This document shows, piece after piece, positions 9,433-18,600 of a DNA stretch of 34,828 nt. Origin of the DNA: an uncultured Anaerolineaceae bacterium (GTDB lineage: Bacteria > Chloroflexota > Anaerolineae > Anaerolineales > E44-bin32); the NCBI GenBank assembly GCA_964549025.1, contig CAZJUE010000004.1:1-34828 (forward strand), in the 5' to 3' direction. A model generated the notes under the pieces. The model did not search any database and was not told where the DNA came from. It saw only the letters and a program-made list of their open reading frames with translations. A program made the position numbers and the translations under genes. The stretch's first letter is position 1, and every line of letters starts with the position of its first letter.

Positions 9433-10422
9433 ATGCAGTTGAGAGTGTTGAGCGCCGAAGAAGTGCACCAGGCGCTTCCAATGCCGGAAGCGATCGCTGC
9501 CATGAAGCGCGCCTACGCCCAGTATTCTGCCGGGCGCGCGCAGCTGCCGCTCCGCAGCCGGATCTCGGCTGCGTCAGCCGATGGTACGGTGTTGTTCATG
9601 CCGGCCTTGCTCGAGGAGTCGAATGAACTGGCGATCAAGCTTGTCTCGGTCTTTCCCGGCAATGCCGCGCTCGAGCTGCCGACCATCCACGCGGTGGTGA
9701 CGGTCATCGATCCGGAGACCGGCAGGCCGCTGGCGCTGCTGGAGGGCGCCAGCCTCACCGCTATCCGCACCGGCGCCGGTTCGGGTGCAGCCACCGAGCT
9801 TTTAGCCCGCTCGGACGCCACCCGGTTGGGCATTTTCGGCAGCGGCGTGCAAGCCCGCACCCAGCTGGAGGCAGTCTGCGCGGTGCGGCCGATCGAGGCC
9901 ATCGGCGTCTACAGCCCCAATCGCCGGCATGCCGAGCGCTTCGCCGATGAGATGAGCGGATCTTCCGTTTTCGAATGGCAGGTGACGATAGCCGAGAGCC
10001 CACAGGAGTTGGTTGCGCGTTCGGAGGTCATCTGCACTGCCACCACCTCTGCGATTCCGGTCTTCAACGGCGCCGATGTGCTTCCGGGTACCCATATCAA
10101 CGCTGTCGGCTCGTTCACCTCCGAGATGCAGGAGGTCGATGCCGAGACGATCCGGAGGTCGCTGGTGGTAGTCGATTCGCGGGAGGCGGTGCTGGCAGAG
10201 GCCGGCGACTTGATCGTTCCGCTGCAGCGCGGCGAAATCACCGAGGACCACCTGCACGCCGAACTCGGCGAGCTGGTGAACGGGACCCGAGCGGGACGCA
10301 GCGACCCTGACCAGATCACCTACTTCAAATCGGTCGGCCTGGCGGTGCAGGACGCCGCGGCGGCCGGACTGGCGCTGCGGCGGGCCGAGGCGCTCGGGCT
10401 CGGGCAATTGGTGGAGCTATGA
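9433..10422 (+). CDS. Ornithine cyclodeaminase / mu-crystallin family protein
   Basis: 329 aa. LTAIRTGAGSGAATELLAR, LGIFGSGVQARTQLEAV (Rossmann) and HINAVGSF are family motifs. Substrate is not assignable. Confidence 0.8.
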   Translation: MQLRVLSAEEVHQALPMPEAIAAMKRAYAQYSAGRAQLPLRSRISAASADGTVLFMPALLEESNELAIKLVSVFPGNAALELPTIHAVVTVIDPETGRPLALLEGASLTAIRTGAGSGAATELLARSDATRLGIFGSGVQARTQLEAVCAVRPIEAIGVYSPNRRHAERFADEMSGSSVFEWQVTIAESPQELVARSEVICTATTSAIPVFNGADVLPGTHINAVGSFTSEMQEVDAETIRRSLVVVDSREAVLAEAGDLIVPLQRGEITEDHLHAELGELVNGTRAGRSDPDQITYFKSVGLAVQDAAAAGLALRRAEALGLGQLVEL

Positions 10423-10518
10423 ATCCAGCCCGCCCCGCCTCGTTCCTCAGCCGTAGCATCTTTGACCCAGCTGCGACCGACCCTCCCGCGCCGAGACCGT
10501 GGTCACCGTAGGCAGATC

Positions 10519-11676
10519 ATGACCGACCTTCCCTCGTCATCCCAAATCGTGGTCATCGGCGGTGGCGTGATGGGCGCCAGCACCGCCTACCATCTGGCGC
10601 ATGCCGGTGCGCAGCAGGTGGTGCTGATTGAGCGCACCGCCCACCTGGAAGACAGCGCCACCAGCCGCTGCGCCGGCGGGGTGCGCTATCAATTCGCAAC
10701 CCCGGTCAACGTCGAGCTGTCCAAAGTCAGCCTGCCGATGCTGGAGCGTTTCCGCGACGAAATCGGCGTCGACCCGCTGTACCGTCAGATCGGCTACTTG
10801 TTCGCACTCACCGAGCCCGCTGACGTGAAAGCCTTTGAGCGCAATGTCGAGCTGCAGCGCAGTTTGGGAGTAGAGACCGAGCTGCTGGATGGCGAGCAGG
10901 TCCGCAGGCGTTTGCCGTTGATGCAGCTGCCCGATGCGCTGGCGGGCACCTTCCACGCCAGGGATGGGCTGGCCGATCCCAGCAGCGTGAACATAGGCTA
11001 CCTGCAGGCCGCCCGGAGGCTTGGCGTGCAGACCGCGATGGAAACCGAGCTGCTAGGGATCACCGTCGAGCAGGGCCGGGTGGTCGGCATCGAAACCAAC
11101 CGCGGCTTGATGAGCTGCGAGCATGTAATCAATGCCGCCGGTCCGTGGGCAGCGCAGGTCGGCAAGCTGGCTGGGGTCGAAATTCCGATCCAACCGATCC
11201 GCCGGCAAATGGTCACCACCACCCCACTGCCAGACCTGCCGCCGGACTTCCCATTTGTGGTTGATTTCGCCCAATCCTTGTATTTCCACCCCGAAGGCGA
11301 AGGCTTGCTGACCGGCATGTCCAACCCAGACCAGCAGCCGGGCTTCGATCAGAGCGTCGACGAGGATTGGGAGCTGACCGCTTTGCAGGCCGCCATGGAG
11401 CGCATGCCGATGCTGGAAACCGCCGGCCGCCTGTCCGGCTGGGCCGGCCTCTACGAAGTCACGCCGGATGCCCATCCGATCTTTGGTCCGACGCCGTTGC
11501 AGGGATTCTGGCTGGTGGCCGGTTTTTCGGGACACGGCTTCATGCACGGCCCGGTGGCCGGCAAGCTGATGGCCGAGTTCATCTTGGAGGGCCAGGCGAC
11601 CACCGTCGATGTCTCGATGCTCGACCTGGCCCGCTTCGACGAGGGCCGCTTGATTCAGGAATACAACGTAATATGA
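10519..11676 (+). CDS. FAD-dependent oxidoreductase (DAO family; sarcosine-oxidase-beta / D-amino-acid-dehydrogenase-like)
   Basis: N-terminal IVVIGGGVMGASTAYHLA dinucleotide fold and C-terminal ...GFSGHGFMHGPVAGKLMAE. The ATG at 10519 places the GxGxxG motif 10 aa from the start. The ORF-track TTG at 10462 is a possible alternative. Confidence 0.8.
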   Translation: MTDLPSSSQIVVIGGGVMGASTAYHLAHAGAQQVVLIERTAHLEDSATSRCAGGVRYQFATPVNVELSKVSLPMLERFRDEIGVDPLYRQIGYLFALTEPADVKAFERNVELQRSLGVETELLDGEQVRRRLPLMQLPDALAGTFHARDGLADPSSVNIGYLQAARRLGVQTAMETELLGITVEQGRVVGIETNRGLMSCEHVINAAGPWAAQVGKLAGVEIPIQPIRRQMVTTTPLPDLPPDFPFVVDFAQSLYFHPEGEGLLTGMSNPDQQPGFDQSVDEDWELTALQAAMERMPMLETAGRLSGWAGLYEVTPDAHPIFGPTPLQGFWLVAGFSGHGFMHGPVAGKLMAEFILEGQATTVDVSMLDLARFDEGRLIQEYNVI

Positions 11677-12815
11677 GCACCGCCGAGATCATCACCATCG
11701 GCACCGAGCTGCTGTTGGGCGAGATCCTCGACACCAACACCCGCACGCTGGCGATCGCGCTGCGCGGTATTGGCCTGGACCTCTACCGCACCAGCACCGT
11801 CGGCGACAATCAGCAGCGCATCGCGCAGGCGGTGGCCGACGCGCTTGAGCGCTGCCAGGTGGTGATCACCAGCGGCGGGCTGGGGCCGACCGTCGACGAC
11901 GTCACCCGCGAAGGTATCGCCGAGGCGGTCGGCGTCGAGCTGGAGTTCCGCCCGGAGCTGTGGGAGCAGATCGAAGCTCGCTTCGCCAGCTTCGGCCGCG
12001 AACCGAGCGAGAACAATCGACGGCAGGCGATGGTTCCGGCCGGCTCGATCGGCATTGAAAACCCGGTGGGCACTGCGCCGGCGATTATCGTGGAACTCAA
12101 CGACCGGGCCGTCATCGCCCTCCCGGGGGTTCCGGCAGAGCTCGAGCATTTGCTCAACCTGGAAGTGCTGCCCTACTTGCGTGACCGGCTGAAGATGCCG
12201 GCGGTGATCAAATCGCGGTTGCTGCGCACAGCCGGGATCGGCGAATCCTGGATCGATGAACGCATCGACGATCTGGAACGCATGACCAATCCGACCGTTG
12301 GATTGGCCGCCCACCCCGGGCGGGTCGATATCCGCATCACCGCCAAGGCCGGCACTGAGATGGAGGCCGATGAACTGCTCTGGGGGGTCGAGGCTACGGT
12401 CCGCCAGCGGCTGGGGGACCGGATCTACGGGACAGACGATCAGACGCTCGAAGCGGTTGTGATAGACCTCATCGATCAGCGCAATTCGCGCCTTGCGATC
12501 GCTGAGCTCGGCACCAATGGGGCGCTTGCCGAAGCGCTCGCCCGGGCCGGCTCGGAATCACACCAAAGTGAGCTAATGTCGAAAAGCGTTTCCGAAGTTG
12601 AACTTTCAAAAGCGCTGACTGCGGCGCGCCTGCGGCACGATGCACAAGTCGGCCTGGGACTCGTGGTTGAGCAGGATGCCGACATTCTGGTCCTCACACA
12701 GATCGAGGATGCTGAGACCCATCGGAGACGATCGTTTGGTGGACCGCTCCCGAATGCGGTTGCCTGGGCGGTGAGTCTGGCTTTGGAGCACCTACGCCGG
12801 CAGCTGTCACGCTAG
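11673..12815 (+). CDS. cinA: CinA-like competence/damage-inducible protein (MoCF-biosynthesis-type N-domain, divergent C-domain)
   Basis: MSTAEIITIGTELLLGEILDTNTRTLA...VVITSGGLGPTVDDVTREG is the CinA N-terminus. The ATG at 11673 overlaps the upstream stop (ATGA). The ORF-track start at 11367 is an out-of-context extension lying inside the oxidoreductase gene. Confidence 0.8.
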   Translation: MSTAEIITIGTELLLGEILDTNTRTLAIALRGIGLDLYRTSTVGDNQQRIAQAVADALERCQVVITSGGLGPTVDDVTREGIAEAVGVELEFRPELWEQIEARFASFGREPSENNRRQAMVPAGSIGIENPVGTAPAIIVELNDRAVIALPGVPAELEHLLNLEVLPYLRDRLKMPAVIKSRLLRTAGIGESWIDERIDDLERMTNPTVGLAAHPGRVDIRITAKAGTEMEADELLWGVEATVRQRLGDRIYGTDDQTLEAVVIDLIDQRNSRLAIAELGTNGALAEALARAGSESHQSELMSKSVSEVELSKALTAARLRHDAQVGLGLVVEQDADILVLTQIEDAETHRRRSFGGPLPNAVAWAVSLALEHLRRQLSR

Positions 12816-12865
12816 GTTGTCACCCTGTGCCGAACATCCCCGAGGCGACCGGCCCCAACCGTAGG

Positions 12866-13633
12866 CTACTCGTCTTCCCCCCAGCCCAGCAAGTCGTAAT
12901 CGGACCTGGGGATGTCCATGACGCTCTCTGGCGGCGGCGCCAATCTTTCGTTCCCGTAGAAGCTGAATACCTCCAGATTGGGTAGCTCTCCGAGCGCGGC
13001 CGGGATCTCACCACTCAAATCATTGTTGCTCAGATACAGCTTCACGAGGTTGGTCAATTCGGCCAGTTCGGGCGGGATCGATCCACGCAATTGATTGTCT
13101 CGGAGCCCGAGCCATCTGAGCTGCGTGAGCTGTGCCAGCTCACTGGGGATTGTTCCGGATAGCTGGTTGCCATCCAGGTCCAACTTGACCAAGCTGCTCA
13201 TCCCGCCGATCTGGGTCGGGAGGCCGCCGGTCAGCTGGTTATTGTGGAGGATGAGCTCCCGCAGGTTTGTCAGGCTTCCAAATTCGTGTGGGAGCTCCCC
13301 CACCAGCTGATTGTAGTACAGCGAGAGAACTTGCAGCTCCGTGAGGTCGGCCATCGCCGCCGGCAGTCGTCCCGACAGGTCGTTGTAGTTGATGCTGATG
13401 GAGACCACGTGCCGGTCTGCACACCCAACGCCGTGCCAGGCGCAGGGGTCGTCGCCTTCCAGCCAGCCGCGATTGTCCTTCCAAGACGGTCCATTTGTGT
13501 CCTGGTAGAACTGCACCAACGCCTCACACTCGCCGCGTGAAACACTGGAGACACACGAGCAGGGACCAGACTCTGTGGCGCAGGCAACTCCGATCTGCGA
13601 AGCTAGCAGCAGAAGGATGAGGCGGGATCGCAT
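12866..13633 (-). CDS. Secreted leucine-rich-repeat protein, plant-type (24-residue) LRRs with LRRNT_2-like cap
   Basis: Signal peptide MRSRLILLLLASQIGVACA. Cap ...W..DDPCAWHGVGC. Seven tandem 24-aa units fit LxxLxLxxNxLxGxIPxxLxxLxx (nt about 12944-13411). Confidence 0.85.
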   Translation of the reverse strand: MRSRLILLLLASQIGVACATESGPCSCVSSVSRGECEALVQFYQDTNGPSWKDNRGWLEGDDPCAWHGVGCADRHVVSISINYNDLSGRLPAAMADLTELQVLSLYYNQLVGELPHEFGSLTNLRELILHNNQLTGGLPTQIGGMSSLVKLDLDGNQLSGTIPSELAQLTQLRWLGLRDNQLRGSIPPELAELTNLVKLYLSNNDLSGEIPAALGELPNLEVFSFYGNERLAPPPESVMDIPRSDYDLLGWGEDE

Positions 13634-13692
13634 CGATGTGGTTGAGCAAATCCTACAGGATGTGCTGCCCGCAAATCAACTGGCGGAGATCG

Positions 13693-14655
13693 TTAATTGG
13701 CGTCGCGCCCGTGGGCGGCGAAGAACTCCCAGATCACATCGGTTGCACCGGCCGTGGAAACGAAGGTGGTACCGTCCCACTCGTAGCCGAAATTAAGCCA
13801 GCGATGCGATCCACCCTCGACGCTCAACAGTTCGACCTCGACCCTGGCATCGCAGTTTTCCCAGCGCTCGCTCTGCACCTCCGCATAGGGCCTGGAAAGC
13901 ACCGATTCATTGTCGCAGCCGTCCCTCTGTGACCAGGCCTCAACCCAGACTCGCACGGGAGGCACGTCGGATCCGTTCCCCTCGTAGGGAATGATCTGAT
14001 CGTCGGTTCCGTGAATGGCGAGCACCGACACCGGCAGTTGATTGTCGCAGAGGTGCAGTCCGCTGTGAGCGCCGGCCACCGGGGCGATCGCCGCGAAGGT
14101 TTCCGAACGGTCGCATCCGAGCCGGTTTGACATCGTGCCGCCGTTGGACAGGCCGGTTGCGTAGATCCGATTGGGATCGATGCTCAGCTGCGCCTTCAGG
14201 TGCGCCAGCAAGCCGTCGAAGAACAGCATATCGGGCTCACCTTGGGCATCGAGCATCACGCCCAACCACACTGGCGGAACGCCAATCGCCTGAGGAGCCA
14301 CCACGATAAAACCCTCCTCATCGGCTTTCGCGTGCCACTGGCTGACCGCCTCCTGCTGCGCGGCGTTGCTTGTTGCTCCGTGGATGTTGACGACCAGCGG
14401 CACCGGCTGGTCCGGGCTGTAGCTGGGCGGCACATGCACCACGAAATCGCGCTCCACGCCGTCGACAATCAACGCACCCAGGTAGCTGCCGGGCTCACCA
14501 TACATCCGGGCTTGGGGTTCGGCCTCGGTCGGAGCGACGGTAGGCTGGGGAACCGTGGCCGTGGGCGGCGGTTCGGTGGGATCTTCGCCCACCAGCGCGC
14601 ACCCGGCCAGCAAGATAGGTATCACGGCCAGCAGCGCGCGGACTGGCATGCTCAT
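13693..14655 (-). CDS. PHB-depolymerase-family esterase (LpqC/CE1-like) lipoprotein
   Basis: PLVVNIHGATSNA..., GFIVVAPQA, the GLSNGG nucleophile elbow, and HGTDDQIIPY. I prefer the start at MSMPVRALLAVIPILLAGC (lipobox LAGC). The 48-codon upstream extension in the ORF track runs through the tRNA promoter. Confidence 0.8.
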   Translation of the reverse strand: MSMPVRALLAVIPILLAGCALVGEDPTEPPPTATVPQPTVAPTEAEPQARMYGEPGSYLGALIVDGVERDFVVHVPPSYSPDQPVPLVVNIHGATSNAAQQEAVSQWHAKADEEGFIVVAPQAIGVPPVWLGVMLDAQGEPDMLFFDGLLAHLKAQLSIDPNRIYATGLSNGGTMSNRLGCDRSETFAAIAPVAGAHSGLHLCDNQLPVSVLAIHGTDDQIIPYEGNGSDVPPVRVWVEAWSQRDGCDNESVLSRPYAEVQSERWENCDARVEVELLSVEGGSHRWLNFGYEWDGTTFVSTAGATDVIWEFFAAHGRDAN

Positions 14656-14749
14656 CGTTCCAGGTTTCAAAGGAGCAATCCCTTCAGCTCCGACGATTCG
14701 GTAGCCTTCATAGGTGCCTACTGTGTCCGCCGGTCCGCGGTTCATCGGC

Positions 14750-14779
14750 TTGACAGCGCGATTTGGCGTTCCGTATAAT
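14750..14779 (+). promoter_or_regulatory. Sigma70-type consensus promoter for tRNA-Gly
   Basis: TTGACA (14750-14755), an 18-nt spacer, then TATAAT (14774-14779), about 45 nt upstream of the mature tRNA 5' end. Confidence 0.7.
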
Positions 14780-14823
14780 CCATCCGCCGATCCGCGCACT
14801 GCCCCTGCGGATCAGCGCCACAA

Positions 14824-14898
14824 GCGGGTGTAGTTCAGTGGTAGAACGTCTGCTTCCCAAGCAGGATGTCACGGGTTCGAGTCCCGTCACCCGCTCCA
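14824..14898 (+). tRNA. tRNA-Gly (anticodon CCC), CCA encoded
   Basis: Folds by hand as a cloverleaf. Acceptor GCGGGTG/CACCCGC, D arm GTTC-AGTGGTA-GAAC, anticodon arm TCTGC-TTCCCAA-GCAGG, variable loop ATGTC, T arm ACGGG-TTCGAGT-CCCGT, discriminator T plus CCA. Total 75 nt. Confidence 0.95.
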
Positions 14899-14903
14899 AA
14901 ACC

Positions 14904-14931
14904 AAGAGGCCGCCCAACTGGGCGGCCTCTT
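14904..14931. terminator. Bidirectional stem-loop terminator after tRNA-Gly, facing the converging minus-strand gene
   Basis: aagaggccgccc-aact-gggcggcctctt, a perfect 12-bp stem with a 4-nt loop. Confidence 0.65.
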
Positions 14932-14966
14932 GCTAGTTAGCTCGCGCTGCTCAAGAGACTTCGGTC

Positions 14967-15524
14967 TTACTCCTCGCAGAAGCCAAAGGTCGTGCCGTCC
15001 TCGCGGTAGAACGTTGTGCAGGTCAGGAAGAGCTCGAAGTAGTCGCCATAGGTGGTCGTTCCAAAAGCGTGCACGGTCTCCCAGGAGACCATATCTTCAA
15101 CCACGCCGGTCACAGTCCAGTTGCTGTTCGGGCAGCCTGCATCATCCCATTCGATACCAGGTGGCAGTTCCGGGAAGATCTCCCCCGAAACGCCTTCGGC
15201 GCGGCCATTTTTCTCAATCTCCCAAGTGCCGGTCGATGACCCATCCACCGCCACATTGACCTGACCGGGGGCTGTGTTGCCGCCCTGGTTGGTGCACTCC
15301 GCCGGAGCGGTTCCGGTCGCTTCGACCGTAACCGCCAAAACACCGTCGATCCTTCCCAAACCCCACGCCGTCCCCTCGAACACCAATCCGCTGCCCCACC
15401 CCGCGCCGCCGCTCATGTGCCCGCCGGCAATGCCAGCGGCAGTAGCGATCAAAGTGAGTGCTAGGACGAGAGCGGCTGCGCCAACCGCTTCACGTCTTCC
15501 CGGTACCAACTTACGAAACAACAT
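14967..15524 (-). CDS. Hypothetical secreted/membrane-anchored protein (186 aa, 4 Cys)
   Basis: AGGAGGAG SD lies 7 nt upstream of ATG 15524. N-terminal hydrophobic segment AVGAAALVLALTLIATAAGIAGG. I recognise no family. The longer ORF-track start (15623) is Arg-rich and lacks an SD. Confidence 0.6.
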   Translation of the reverse strand: MLFRKLVPGRREAVGAAALVLALTLIATAAGIAGGHMSGGAGWGSGLVFEGTAWGLGRIDGVLAVTVEATGTAPAECTNQGGNTAPGQVNVAVDGSSTGTWEIEKNGRAEGVSGEIFPELPPGIEWDDAGCPNSNWTVTGVVEDMVSWETVHAFGTTTYGDYFELFLTCTTFYREDGTTFGFCEE

Positions 15525-15662
15525 CCCTTGTCTCCTCCTATTGAGGCGTCGTTCATTTTGGCGCCGGTGACCCCCCCGGACGCTACGACCGCCCCCACAA
15601 ACCGGCCAAATTGTACCCCGCAAACCTACGGTGTGTGAGGCCGTGAACTTATGTCTCGTGCA

Positions 15663-18600
15663 TTAGCCCAGTTCGCCCATTTGATTCGATTTCTCCTCGA
15701 TGCCCAGCTTCTCGTAGAGGACCTTGGCCTCATTCCACTTCTCCAGGCCGAGCGAAGCATCTCCTGCTTCGTGCTCGTACTCGGCCCACAGGCGGAGCGT
15801 GCGGGCCAGCTCGTCCCTCCTCTGAACATCAGCAAAGCGCCGCGCCGCCTCGGCGAAGGCGCCATGTGCGTCAACAGCGGAATCCGAGACGCTCGGCGGA
15901 AGTTGGAGGGACGGGGATTCCTCCATCCGGGCAAGCACCATACCGAGTGCCCGCCAAGCGCGCCCCTGATCTTCCAGCGCCTTGGAGTTCAATGCAATGT
16001 CCAGCGCTTGCGTGGCATGCTTCAGCGCTTCGTCTGTCCTTCCCTGGCCAAGCACAGCTTCCGCCAGCGAACTCAGGACTTCAGACAAAAAATCCGTTCC
16101 ACCTGATTCAGTCTTATCCAAGGCTAGGCTCAAATCTGATTCGGCCTCGGCAAACTCGCCTTGCAATGCTTTGACCCTGCCAAGGTTGCCTAAGTACACA
16201 ATCTCGCCATCTCGATCGCCAACCCGACCGGCTACGGCCAACGCGGTGGAATATTTCGCCGCGGCTTCGGAAAGCTGTCCCCTTGATTCGGCCACAAGCC
16301 CCAGGTTGTTAATCAGCGGCATAACGCCGCGCTGGTCGCCGGCTTGGTCGAAGATATCGAAGGCTTCCGCAAATGAACGTTCGGCTTCGTCGTAGTTGCC
16401 AGAGGTCAGGCTGAGCATTCCAATCAGGTTCAGGTTCAGTGCACGCTGTTCCTGGTCTCCAAGCGCTGAGGTTGGCTCTGCCAAGGAACGTGCCAGATCA
16501 AATGCCGTTTCGACTTCTCCGAGGCGGTACGCTCCCCAGGCCTGCATCCAGCGCGACTTGATCGGCGCCAACTTCAAGCCTGCGGCTGTCGAGATTGCTT
16601 CCGCTTGCTCGGCGCTAGCAATCGCCTCGCGGAAGTCCCCTTTGTGGATCTGAGTCTCCGCCAGACCGTACCAAGCCCGTGATTCGGAGAAGAGATCTTC
16701 CCAGCCGTTCGCGACTTCTATGCTTCTTGTAAATGCCTCCACGGACTCCTCATAGCGAGCCTCTCTGCTGAGCACGTCGCCCAGCACATGATGGGCGGAC
16801 ATGACGTCTGACCTGATATCCAAGTCGGACCCGATGTGACCCGCGGCCGCAAGCGCGTTTTCCGCCGCGGAGATAGCAGCCGCATTGGAATACTCGCGCT
16901 CTGCTTGCTGGGCGGATCTGAGGTTGTAATCGAAGGCCTTCGGCCAGATTTCGCCTTTGAAGTAATGGTACGCAAGGAGATCAACCGCGCTCCCGATCGA
17001 ATCAGCGTAAGCAAGCTCAAGAAATTCGGCCACACTACCGTGTAATTCGAGCCGGAAGGTGAAAGGCAAGCTGCCATAGGTCGCTTCTTGAATTAGACCG
17101 TGTCTGAAGCTGTAGGAATCGCCTCCCTCGCGATCGACGAATCCTTTGCGACTCAATACATCAAGAACCGAATCAATTCCGCCGGATTCGTTCAGCTTGG
17201 GATATGCACCCTGTAGATGACTAGCGCTGAACGTCCTACCGAACACGCTGGCCACCCGCAACGTGCTTCGAGGGCGCTCGTCACGCCGATCGATTCGCGT
17301 GAGGACGAGGCTGTCCAAACTGGTCGGGAGATCGAGCTCCGATAGGGCCTGGCGATCCTGCGGCGAGATGTCATGATCCCTGAGGTAATTTAGGACTTCC
17401 TCGATATAGAAGGGGTTTCCATCGGCACGCTCCATTAGGCGGTTAGCGAAGGCGCTTGGCGGGGTAACATCGGGCCCATAGAGCTGAGTCGTCTTGATGT
17501 CGATCCACTGCTTGGCATGTTGAGACGCAAGATGCGTCAGAGGGATTTCGGTGAAGTATTCTCGGCCGGCGAGGTTGGCGTGAGCAGTAGTGGCGACGCC
17601 ATCTGGCCGATAGGCCAACAGGACCAGTATCGGCAGAGTAGATAGGGGTGGACTGAATGCTTTCAACAGATCAACCGAGAGCGGATCGATCCAGTGCGTG
17701 TCTTCCAAAACGATCAGGATGGGACGCTTGCGCGCGACCGTCGTGAGTAACTCCAACAACACGCGCTCCAGCAACACCTTCCTGGACTGCGGATCGAATT
17801 GCTGCGTAAGTTCGGTATCAGGAATGGTGATGTTGAGCAGCGGGCCTAGCAAAGGTATCCGCTCGACGAGATCCGGGGACCAATCCGCGATCTTCGCCCG
17901 CAGAGCTTCGATCTGCTCCTCTTCGGGGAGTTCTGCCCCGATCCGCAAGATCTGGCGCCAAACGGTCGACCAGACCAGGTAGGAGGCGTGCATTCCATAG
18001 GATTTACATTCGCCGCTTCGTAACTCCATTCCCCTTGTGCGCGCTGCGCGAACGGCCTCCGCAACCAGCCGAGACTTCCCCATTCCCGCCTCGGCAGTAA
18101 TTCCGACAACCTGTCCGTGCCCATCGAGCGCCAAGTCGATCTTCGCCCGGAGAATCTCGAGCTCTTGTTCACGCCCAACCATCGGGAGCAGTTGCCGGCC
18201 GGCCGGCCGATCGCGGACGCTCGCTTCGGATCGGGAGAGCAGGCCGGCGACGGCGATTGGTTCGCGCTTACCTTTGACGGTGATGTCCGGATGGTCCTCC
18301 CAGGCGAAGGCGTGTTCGACCCGATCGGCGGTGGATTGGGTAAGCAGAATCTCACCCGGTTGGGCAGAGGTCATCAGCCGCGCAGCCAAGTTGGTGGCGT
18401 CGCCGAGCACTCCGTAGGTCCGGCGAGTGTTCCCGCCATAGGCGCCGGTGCGCATGCGGCCGCGGTTGATCCCGATCTGGATGGCGGTCAGGAAATCAGC
18501 GGCCGCCGCTGCGGCGCGCAAATCCAGCGCGGCTGAAGCAGCCCGCTCGACGTCATCCTCGTGCGCGATCGGCGCGCCAAAGGCTATGTACAGGTAGCTG

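Noticed and set aside
11367-11672. Upstream 102-codon extension of the cinA ORF
   Set aside because: It lies entirely inside the FAD oxidoreductase gene in another frame. The conserved CinA N-terminus MSTAEIITIGTELL starts at the ATGA overlap at 11673.
14656-14799. 48-codon N-terminal extension of the esterase ORF (ORF-track start 14799)
   Set aside because: The extension runs through the consensus tRNA-Gly promoter. The internal MSMPVRALLAVIPILLAGC start gives a proper lipoprotein signal peptide.
14824-14931. tRNA-Gly as an integration site (att) of a mobile island
   Set aside because: There is no integrase or recombinase gene in the window, and I could find no direct repeat of the tRNA 3' half by eye. 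It is kept only as a low-interest context note.
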